32,250 nt of DNA, taken from positions 1 through 32,250 of the forward strand of contig LWCA01000324.1 in the NCBI GenBank assembly GCA_001642005.1, given 5' to 3'. Position 1 is the stretch's first letter. Each line of letters begins with the position of its first letter. Positions 13,201 to 22,093 of the stretch are shown here, one piece after another. The notes under the pieces were generated by a model. It was given only the letters and a program-made list of their open reading frames with translations, was not told where the DNA came from and did not search any database. The DNA is from Intoshia linei. Its lineage: Eukaryota > Animalia > Orthonectida. The translations under genes were made by a program, and so were the position numbers.

Positions 13201-16200
13201 TTAATTAAAAATTTAGGGGTGCAACTGCACCTTCTGCACCCCTTGAATCCGCCCCTGTAAATGTATATGTATATAAATGTAATGTCACTATATGGTCAAC
13301 TAAAACCCAAAATAATATTTGGTCCCCCAAGCAAATGAAGTCTGACACCTTTGATAAATACAATAAATTAAATTTACCCGTACATACATTCATGTTTTGA
13401 TCAAAATAATATCCAAAACAATGATGACATTCATCTGGATCTGTAACAGTTATTAAAATATAAGCAAGTGTGTATGTTTCACAGTTTATATCTAAAAATA
13501 ATATTTAGACGTTGATAACAATGTCATTTAATTTGGTCAATTTTCAACACAAATAAATAGAAAATAATTTATTACATTTGCAGGTAGTTCCTTGAGACCA
13601 ATAGCTTGACAAGGTATAATTGGAATGTATTCCACCACATCGCTTACATTCAATATTGGACGAAATTGTATTAACAGATTTACAATCTAATATAGTCAAT
13701 ATTACTGAAAATTGTATATTATATTATTTTAATTATAATGTAGAAAGTTCTACAACCCAAATTACCGTTTTTTAAAATAAAATCTTAAAATTTTATAAAA
13801 TAAATTCTGGTAGTTTTTCAAATATANAATAAAATCTTAAAATTTTATAAAATAAATTCTGGTAGTTTTTCAAATATATAAGCAGTGTCATTAATCTCAA
13901 CATCAAAACAGTGCTTTTTCACTATAAAATTACTAGATAATATTTTTTAATATTAAAAAATTGTATAATTTAAAAAAATTTAATCTCACAAATTTACGCC
14001 TTCACGGACAAAAAACCACTTTACATTATTAATGTTCATTGTTTTTAATTTTGTAAAATTACAGTTCTGTTATTAAAACAAAAAATATTCAATAACTTAT
14101 AGTCCTAGAATTTAAACAATAGATTATTCTGATTCATCTTATTCTAATTGATCTAGACACAAAATATCAACATTAGAAATATACGCATTTCCGGTTAAAA
14201 TAACTTTTAATATATTATCAACCAATATTTTACAAATTTTTTGATTAAAATTAAAATGTAAATATTCATCATAAAATTTCAAAAACTGTGGGAATTGACC
14301 GTATACATATATCAAATACAGAAATATGGGTTTCCATCTCATGAATTGATTCTTTCTGTTTTTTTATCATTCCTACGCAATTTTTTATTTTCAAAAACTT
14401 AAATTTAATTAAACAACTTAATTATAACTTTGTAATTTGTAACTATAATTGGATTAATTGTCTATAATTATAATCAACTAAAAAGTCGACCCTCGTTAAA
14501 AATATCTGTTGTTTGTACGAAGTGCATAACAGGCATGCTAGTTATACATTAAAATATATAAAAGTATACTTAAACATTTATCATTTTTATAATACAGTCC
14601 ATCACATTTGTGGCAACTGACTGAACCTGCTTTGATTGCAGATGCGTCTTGCAAAAATCCAGTACAAGCTATAAAATATAGTATATAATATATATGTTTA
14701 TTTTGTTAATAAAGATAATTTTGTAATTACAGGTACATCTGTTTAATACGGTATTAAATGCACTTTTTTCAACACAAAAATCTTGGAATTCACCACCACA
14801 GTCCTCCAAATCGTTACATTTCAAACAATTGTATTCACATTCTTTAAATTAAGGATAAAATGTATACATAATGAATATTACACATATAGGGCCGTGGAGA
14901 GGGACTAGGGTCATATGATCCTGGCCTACAACCATGAGGTAACTAGTTTTTTAATTTATTAATAGACCTGTTGGAAAATTTTGATAACCAATGGGATTTC
15001 CAACGCTTATTTTTAATTTTTAGATAATGAACGATTGATTAAGCAATGTATATTATATATTAATATATATTACGGTGTTAACTTTTTGATCGAATTTTAG
15101 AAATTAATAAAATACAGGGCAGTACGGTATGAGAAATGCAATAAAAATGACATCTGCGGTGTTTGTTTTTAATATTATTACAAAAACATCGGCCTGCTCT
15201 GCAATTTAAGAATAACCATAATATTTTGAACTGAAATTTATTATTATTATATTATTGTTTACGATTATTATTAATTTCAAGTCGATTAACAATGTCATTA
15301 TCTAATTCACCGTCAATACATGTAACCGATCTAATTTTTGTAGGCATTTGAAAGTATTTATGGTACTGTCGTTACTTTACCCCGTAAAGAATCTGAGAAA
15401 TAGTATGAATGATTTTTTTGAATACAAGTGGAAAGGTTGCTCTTTAGGAATGAATTCTATGGTAGAACACCTAAAAGTGAAAAAATATACATATAATGCA
15501 ACAAACTTTTATAAATGTATCATTATGATTCAACTTACAACCATACAACTTGTATAGGTTCAACAGTTACGAATTTGGCTTCCTTTCAACAGGCCAATGT
15601 TTTTCAAAATTTAGGCTTAACGAATAGTACCACCGTTCTTAGAATTTTTTTTCTCATCCTGTATAACTCTGTATTTTTGTTCTTAGAAAAAAGTTAACAC
15701 ACTAATATATATAGGTCCCAATTTTTATCTAGTCCGACCTACTGCTAGCTTTCCCAGTCTGTAACATATAACAGTGAATCGGTAGAATAATGTTATACCC
15801 AATCTACCGTAACTTGAGACCCCTATTCGGGTGGGGCTCGACGAAATTTTTGTAAAATGAGGTCGATTTTTTCCAAGTTGACCATTAAAAAATTATATTC
15901 TTAAATATCAACTATTTTGAGGTGTAAAAAATTGACTCTATACTCGATAGTTGGTTTATCTGTTTATTTTATGTAATTTATTGGTGACGACGACGGTAAC
16001 GAAAAGTTTTTAAAAATTAATCTAAACGCCAAACCATAAAATGAAACTACTATTAACTGAACTAAATGTCTTACTTTTACATCTTGTATCCCAAAAATGG
16101 CCAAAGTGATTGGTGATGCATTTGTTGCATTTTGTACTATTTAATGTAACACATTCTATAAATTTAAAAATAATAATATTACGTGTATATTACTAATACA

Positions 16201-17243
16201 AACATTATCATTCCTTAAATATCCCTTATTACATAAAGTACATCCAAAATACTGATCGCAATGATTTTCAGCACAATTTGAATCGCAAACTAGATTAAAT
16301 AAAATGGAAATAAATTTCAAAATTGATACGAGTGCATGTTTTTATCTTATCATTCCAATAATAGTTTACAACACACGTACTGCAATCTAATTTACTTACA
16401 CAAACTTGACATTTATGGGAACATTCTAAGAAATTTATAAAAGAGTCGATTAATGCAGTACTTTTACAAATATTATTTTTTAAATAGTGTCCAATTTCAC
16501 ACCTGTAACAGGTATTTTCATTTTTGCATTTTAGACAATTTTCTGGACATTGTACTAGAAAGAAAGATTAAAGTATAATAATTAAATTGAAAATGAGAAT
16601 AAAATAATATTAGTTTTCTAAATGTAATAAATTACTTATACACTGTCGACCCTCGATTAGATAATAATAACCCTGTTCACATTCATCGCAATTTGAAGAA
16701 TTTGTACAATAATTACAATTTGGGGAACAATCTAAGTATTAAACTTTCCAATAATATTAATAATAATCATACAAGAGCATTGTCGTAGATTGTCCACATA
16801 ATAATTTTTTTGGCAACGATAACCTTAATTTTAAGTTTAACATTATTGTTGATATTAATATAAATTTACTAAAATTGATAAAAATTACATTCCTGTGTAT
16901 TCATACACACGTTACAGTTATCCACACACTCTAGTTAAATAGTTATAATGTATTTAAAAGTGTAGTACTGGTACATCTCTTCCAGCGATGATTATAATAA
17001 TAATTAGATTTACAATCCAAACATTGGTTTATAGCCTTTTCACATTTAGTACAGTTATTTATTCCACACTTTGCAGTGACTATTAATATAATATACAAAT
17101 ATAAGTACATTTTTAATGTAATTTCCTTTATAAAAGTGGTATATAAAGTGGTTTATAAACTTACTTTGATAAAAAAACAGTATATGTAAATAAAATATAA
17201 AGATATGTGCAGGCCGAAATATAATTTGAAGTTCAACTTTCAT
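1276..17243 (-). CDS. Giant predicted GPI-anchored cysteine-rich surface protein: signal peptide + ~40 furin-like CxxC repeats + LU/three-finger domain + GPI signal (~1482 aa, 45 exons)
   Basis: Manually spliced, all GT-AG, open throughout (4449 nt): 17243-17165, 17079-16969, 16930-16889, 16823-16773, 16731-16636, 16554-16462, 16425-16330, 16289-16194, 16155-16075, 14841-14731, 14668-14570, 13686-13576, 13491-13378, 12534-12406, 12359-12279, 12119-12024, 11985-11860, 11779-11693, 11649-11615, 11560-11500, 10900-10829, 10781-10587, 10384-10259, 10222-10133, 10043-9954, 9631-9542, 9502-9422, 8618-8523, 8448-8359, 8014-7901, 7619-7515, 7034-6933, 5666-5571, 5528-5427, 5333-5241, 4934-4833, 4791-4702, 3063-2965, 2927-2838, 2467-2369, 2311-2213, 2161-2045, 2006-1813, 1755-1648, 1389-1276. 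N-terminus MKVELQIIFRPAHIFIFYLHILFFYQITAKCG. Example repeat CPPECESCYDLYTCNSCKSSYFLESGKC. C-terminus ...ICELCCKGDKCNNIVSSSNTISFSILVCIIILLINYK*. That all exons form one transcript is inferred. Confidence 0.8.
1354..1905 (-). other. LU (Ly6/uPAR, three-finger, Quiver-like) domain within the giant protein
   Basis: Spliced sequence RCFSCDETEKSDCYYNAATYGLNGCIGDCM|TFRSKDNVIIQRSCRQYFCHFANFEKWYCHENLGKE|ICELCCKGDKCN: N-terminal CxxC, an RSC motif, terminal CCxxDxCN signature, 12 Cys. Followed by NIVSSSN and a hydrophobic tail (GPI signal pattern). Confidence 0.8.
1425..1630. mobile_element. Small hAT-like MITE in last intron
   Basis: Imperfect terminal inverted repeats CAGGGTTGGAAACC (1425-1438) and GGTTGCCTACCCTG (1617-1630). 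No clear 8-bp TSD. Confidence 0.5.
6220..6594. repeat. Imperfect direct repeat (~95 bp, two close copies and one diverged middle copy) inside an intronic insertion
   Basis: ~6220-6317 and ~6498-6594 share ...TTTTGTAAAACACGATTTTACCAAATC(C/A)TATGAGAAAAAACATTTAATTTTTG. A diverged unit lies at ~6380-6470. A hAT-like end (TTTGGGAAACGCTG) occurs at ~6873-6886. Confidence 0.75.
8085..8210 (+). repeat. Dispersed repeat, similar copy at ~15795-15910
   Basis: AATATTTTAGTAAATGGGGTATGATTTTTCCAAAATGTGCATTAAAAAAATATT versus AAATTTTTGTAAAATGAGGTCGATTTTTTCCAAGTTGACCATTAAAAAATTATATT, each preceded by a CCCC...GGG GC-rich patch. Confidence 0.5.
8669..9385 (+). mobile_element. Non-autonomous Helitron-like element, copy 1
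   Basis: Candidate A|TC start at 8669. 3' hairpin CTGTTTGTAC-AAA-GTACATAACAG then CTAG at 9382-9385. Internal landmark CACAAAGTCACGCCTTCACGGTCAAAAAA is shared with other copies. Confidence 0.6.
12766..13257. mobile_element. MITE with GC-rich TIRs (hAT-type ends)
   Basis: CAGGGCGGATCCAAG at 12766 and CTTGAATCCGCCCCTG ending at 13257. Non-coding interior. TSD not recognisable. Confidence 0.7.
13730..14541 (+). mobile_element. Non-autonomous Helitron-like element, copy 2 (5' boundary approximate)
   Basis: Landmark CACAAATTTACGCCTTCACGGACAAAAAACC (~13988). 3' hairpin TGTTTGTAC-GAA-GTGCATAACAG then CTAG|T at 14538-14542. Confidence 0.6.
14887..15761 (+). mobile_element. Decayed TIR element, long copy (related to 21645-21886)
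   Basis: Left end TAGGGCCGTGGAGAGGGACTAGGGTC, internal GACCTGTTGGAAAATTTTGATAACC and right end CCCAATTTTTATCTAGTCCGACCTACT...CTG all have counterparts in the 21.6-21.9 kb copy. Confidence 0.55.
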
Positions 17244-18194
17244 TATAATTGTTACATAATATAAGTATGTATATTAATACATCACATGTTTTCTTTTAAC
17301 TTGAGAAAATTTAATTTGTTTTGGAAACAATTGTTACGTAATTTTAGTTATAGTTTTTTAATAATAATTGAGATATATGGAATCAACTATTTTAAAATTG
17401 TGTACTTTCTCTTTTATTTCAATACGCGAGGAGTTGGTAGTAATTTTTTGTTTTTTGATATATTTATTTAACAATTCAAATCTAAATAATATAAAAATAA
17501 TAAGTCGTGTCATCTATTGAAAATTACCAAAACCGTTCATTGAATAATTTCAGTTAAGGTAATATATAGTTATCGATATAATAATTTTATAATTAATAAA
17601 TCACTTTATTTTGTATAGTTGAAAGAGATGATTATATTCATAAATTAATTATTTAATTGTCAATTCCAATTTTTTACAAATTATCTAAAATTTGTCGAAA
17701 TATACATGATTCATTGATCTACTGTTTATAAATAGTAACACTCCATTATAGTGACTATAACAGAATAATTTTGTTTCAAATGATTACGTTAACTAAATTA
17801 ACAATATTATTCTTTTATATTTTATATACCAAAGATATTGTTATATTTTGTTAATCTTTTATTTATAGAATAGGTCAGTACTTTAATAAATATGCTATAT
17901 TTTTACTACTATACTTTTATTATCTATTTGATAGACTCTGTGATTTTAACGTTGCATATTAAATATATGTACGGCGTACATTGTACGTCCCTATTTCGTC
18001 AGTTTAATCATTAAAGATTTTTCAGGTATCTATTTTTAGTCTAGTAAAGTTTTAACAATTTTAAATTTTTAAAATCATTTTTTTAATTAATATAGTGTCA
18101 TAGTTACGCTAAATTTAAATTATTATGGGGTACGAAATTATTTTTTTCAGTTTAGGGTATCAACTTTGAAGTATGTTGGGAATGGCTGCCCCAG

Positions 18195-18780
18195 TATATA
18201 TAAAATAAAGTTTATTACATGTATGTAACTGTAAATATGTGTCTGTCTGCATGTACAATCATTTATTTAGAAAATTTAAAAAGTCCCAACAATTTATAGA
18301 ACACTAATTAAAATACTGTTTTTCCAGATTAATGCAGTCTCATAAATTTTGATTTTGACGGTCAAATCTTTAAATTACTCATTATTTTGAAAAGTATTAT
18401 TAATAAAAAAAAATTATAATTAAATTATTGATTACATATATTATATATTTCCAGCAGTTAAATTCAAATTTTTTTATATTTTTTTTTGGTAAAAGAATTA
18501 ATCAAATAAGAGAACAATTTAAATCTCTTTTTAACTCAATGATGGTTAAATCCGTTATTCAGTAATACGTCAAAAACCCAATTTTCCCTGTGTTTAAAAA
18601 TAAAATCAGCCCAAAAATTTTTAAAAAATAATTACAGATGATAGTTATATCCTGTTAACACACACAAAAAGTTTCAATCTGACAAAGTGACGCGTTTACG
18701 GTTAAAAAATAACTTCAGTATTAATTTTTTTATTTCGAAACTATTTTATTAACAAAACAAAAAATTTCAAATATTGGGTA
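18195..18780 (+). mobile_element. Helitron-like repeat, copy 3 (3'-truncated, boundaries approximate)
   Basis: TATATATAAAA...TGTCTGTCTG 5' region. AAAACCCAATTTT subrepeat and CCTGTTAACACACACAAAAA...GACAAAGTGACGCGTTTACGGTTAAAAA landmark match copy 1. Confidence 0.55.
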
Positions 18781-19043
18781 GCATTTTTGCAAAATTAAGT
18801 TGTAAAAAATGTATATATAAAAAATGTTCAATAAGAGTTCAGAAACGTGTCAAATATAAATATTTTCAGTTTATTTATATTTTATATACATGTTCTATTT
18901 ATATACAATTTATATAATGATAGAATATATTCATATTATCTATAAATACTGTATTTATGTATACAATATTTCGTTAGATCAATTAATACAGATTGTAGAC
19001 ACCATTGTTTCTGATATATGGCCAATTATTTAAATTAAAAAAA

Positions 19044-19114
19044 TGCGTCAACCGGGAATTGAACCCGAGTCTTAACCTTGGGAAGATTACATGATACCAC
19101 TACACCACTGACGC
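19044..19114 (-). tRNA. trnG-CCC: tRNA-Gly (anticodon CCC)
   Basis: Reverse complement GCGTCAGTGGTGTAGTGGTATCATGTAATCTTCCCAAGGTTAAGACTCGGGTTCAATTCCCGGTTGACGCA (71 nt). Acceptor stem GCGTCAG/TTGACGC, anticodon arm TAATC-TTCCCAA-GGTTA, T-loop TTCAATT. A T7 Pol III terminator follows immediately. Confidence 0.95.
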
Positions 19115-20524
19115 TCCAAATTTTGCTATTTCATCTATTTCTAATAGCAATTTGACACAATAGTTGTTAAGATGTGAAATTTATTTTTAACATTAATATC
19201 AACTGTAATTAAATTAAGTATATAAACATCAAAATGTATTTATAGATGTCTAATTATAATTGTATTTATGAAGTGATATACATTGTATGATAATTATGTA
19301 TTAATATAGAAAATCGTAATAATACTTGTATTGTATTACAATATAGCACCCTTATCCCACATTTTCAGTTGTAAGGCTCATTATTTTTAAATTTAATCTA
19401 ACCAAGCGTTTGTCGGTCGCTGAGTCCCAATTGATCAGTAGGGTCAGGAGAATTTAGCAATAATTTAAATTGTAAGTTTGTTAAAAAAAATTGGAAATAA
19501 TTTATCACTGATACTAATTTGTTTTAAGTACAAAAACCTAAATCCTTTTATTAAAATGAAAAAAAATCTAATGGTTTTCTATTTTACTGACACTGGGTTG
19601 TCAATTCCTACATATATTAAGTTATTTAGATGTATATTATTAAATATATGGTATATATTATATATATGCATTTTAAGTTATTATATATTATATTAGTTTA
19701 ATGTACGTTTAAGTGAATTAGTTTTAGTTAATTTAACTCATAATGAACTTTTTCCATTTTTCTAATATACCACTCGTTAAAAAAATCAGGTTTATATTGG
19801 ATAATATAAAACCGATGAAATAAGCATTAATGTAATACTGGTTTAACGTTTAAAGTTGGAACAAATTTGGTTGCATTATTTTAATTATTTTTATATTTTG
19901 TATGTTGTGAGATTAAGGTTATAACGTTAAAAATTGTTACATGCAGTTAAAACCTTCTTCAATATTACTCAAACTAAAAATGTTTGTTGGATTCATAAAT
20001 TATATTTAACGATGATGAATGACGTGGCTCCATGTTTATGAAAATTTAAAATGTAAGAGATTGAACGTTATCTAATTTTGTTACAAATGAATAATTTGTC
20101 AACTAACCTACGGCAATTTGTAATTAAGTCATCATTATTTACTCAGTTTGTCTTTGTAATTTAATTGGAATCTCACCAAATTTAGATAAATTTTTAATTA
20201 AATTTATTTAATTTGTAACTTTGTTCTTAAGTAAATATTTTTAGGCTAATCTGCAACTTTAAACAAATACAAGTATAAGCCAGTGGTGAATTTTTAATCA
20301 AAATTTTGGACTGGGCAGCAAAATTATAAAAAAATTTTGGGACTATCAGTTTTCTAAATAAATAGTAACAAATCGACACATATTTAGCCACTTTTATTTT
20401 ATTAACATTTTTTTCATAATCGAATCTACTGTACCAAGACCCATCTTCAGGTAACCCGACCAAATTTTTGTTATATAGTGGCTTAATTTATACACTTAAA
20501 TATTTTTACTACAGCAGGGTAATG

Positions 20525-20657
20525 CTGAAATTTTGGCGCAATTATTAATAATACTAATTTTATTTATGTGACTAATAATCATGGTAAATTTAAAAATATT
20601 ACCTGTCTGACATTTGGAGCAATTATTAATGATAATTTTATTTATGTGACTAATAAT
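20525..20657. repeat. Imperfect ~52 bp direct repeat
   Basis: CTGAAATTTTGGCGCAATTATTAATAATACTAATTTTATTTATGTGACTAATAAT (20525-20579) and CTGACATTTGGAGCAATTATTAATGATAATTTTATTTATGTGACTAATAAT (20607-20657). Confidence 0.8.
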
Positions 20658-21644
20658 TAAATAAAAAAAGTTTAAATTTTGAATTTTTACGGTAAAATTA
20701 TACTGATGAAATATATTTTTTATTTACATGTTAATGTTATTCTCTGTAATGTAAGTTCACTCTAACTTTCTGAAATTTATGTTTTAATTTAAACTTGTAT
20801 AATTATTAAATTACTTATGTGAAAATGTATGAAAATAAAAGAATAAAGTTTTTCAAAATTATGCTGTGTATAGTATAGAATACACAGATAGTAAAAGGGT
20901 TAATGCATTCTCATTTGAAACTAGCATTTATATTTAAAATATTATTATAGCCTCCCAAAGCGTCTACTGCCCTCACATTGCTAATTGCCCTCTGGGCGAT
21001 ATCTCCCATGTTAAGAAAAATTGGTCTAGTCTAGACCGCCATAAAGTAATGTAATTTGACTAAATTGTTATATTTGTTTATAAAGCAAAATATAAACATT
21101 ATCCATTTTGAAATCTATAAATTTACGCACACAGCCAAATAAACGAAACAAATTCTAATATATAACGGATTTTTAGAGAGTAAGACAATTGTATACATTT
21201 TTCAATAAGTGCATCTATTTATTCTTTCTTGCATTATTAAAATGAATACTAAACCAATAAAATGTATAAGAATTCAATTTTATTACTGTTGATTCAACAG
21301 TGTTGATACATTTACATAAAAATTTAATATATAAAAATTTTAAAAATGTAATATTATTTACATTTATTTACACTGGATATGTAATTAAAACTATTTATCG
21401 AATAAATGGAATTATTCAAATTTACAAATTTTTCAGATTAACTTGTAGCAATATGGATACTTCATACATGATCTAAATCAAAAATATTGAGAAATTATTT
21501 TTATAAAAATACAAATTCGTATGTAATTGTCTTTAACATTTTATTATGATGTATTACACATTGTAAAAATATTACATTTAATAATTTATATTTTTACAAT
21601 ATAACGGTATACTATATTTAGATAACATACATATAACATGTACA

Positions 21645-21886
21645 TATGGTCGTAGAGAGAAACTAGGGTCCTTATGGCGGCCTACTATTCGAAATTAATA
21701 GATGATGTATAAAACATTTTCCATTGTAGGCCAATTTTTTTTACTTCACCAGCTTTAGGACCTGCTGAAAAAAATGTTTGATAACCGTTTGATTAAAAAA
21801 ATGATAACGAAATCAAATTTTTTTAATTTGTATATACGCCCACAAATTTCATCTGATCGGGCCCATACTTGACTCTCCACGCCCTG
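21645..21886 (+). mobile_element. MITE, short copy of the 14887-15761 family
   Basis: TATGGTCGTAGAGAG...CTCTCCACGCCCTG imperfect TIRs. Internal GACCTGCTGAAAAAAATGTTTGATAACC. Confidence 0.6.
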
Positions 21887-22093
21887 TGTATAAAAAACAT
21901 TAAACATCAACGTTTCCCAAGTTAGGATTCCCATTTTTTGAATTGAAGACGAGAAAACATGAAATTAAGTAGAAAGGCAAAAATAGCACAAATTTAATAG
22001 TAATCTAAAACTTTAATTTTTAAAAAAACCACACAGGTTCAAATTTCTGGACTCGAGAAACAACGACTTAAAATGCATAAAAAATGAATTACA

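Noticed and set aside
13776-13878. Perfect 51-bp tandem duplication
   Set aside because: The two copies are separated by a single N (13827), typical of an unmerged contig overlap; most likely an assembly artifact.
1276-17243. Calling the Cys-rich gene PCSK5/furin or FRAS1
   Set aside because: No subtilase, P, VWC, CSPG or Calx domain is seen; the model runs directly from signal peptide to repeats to LU and GPI.
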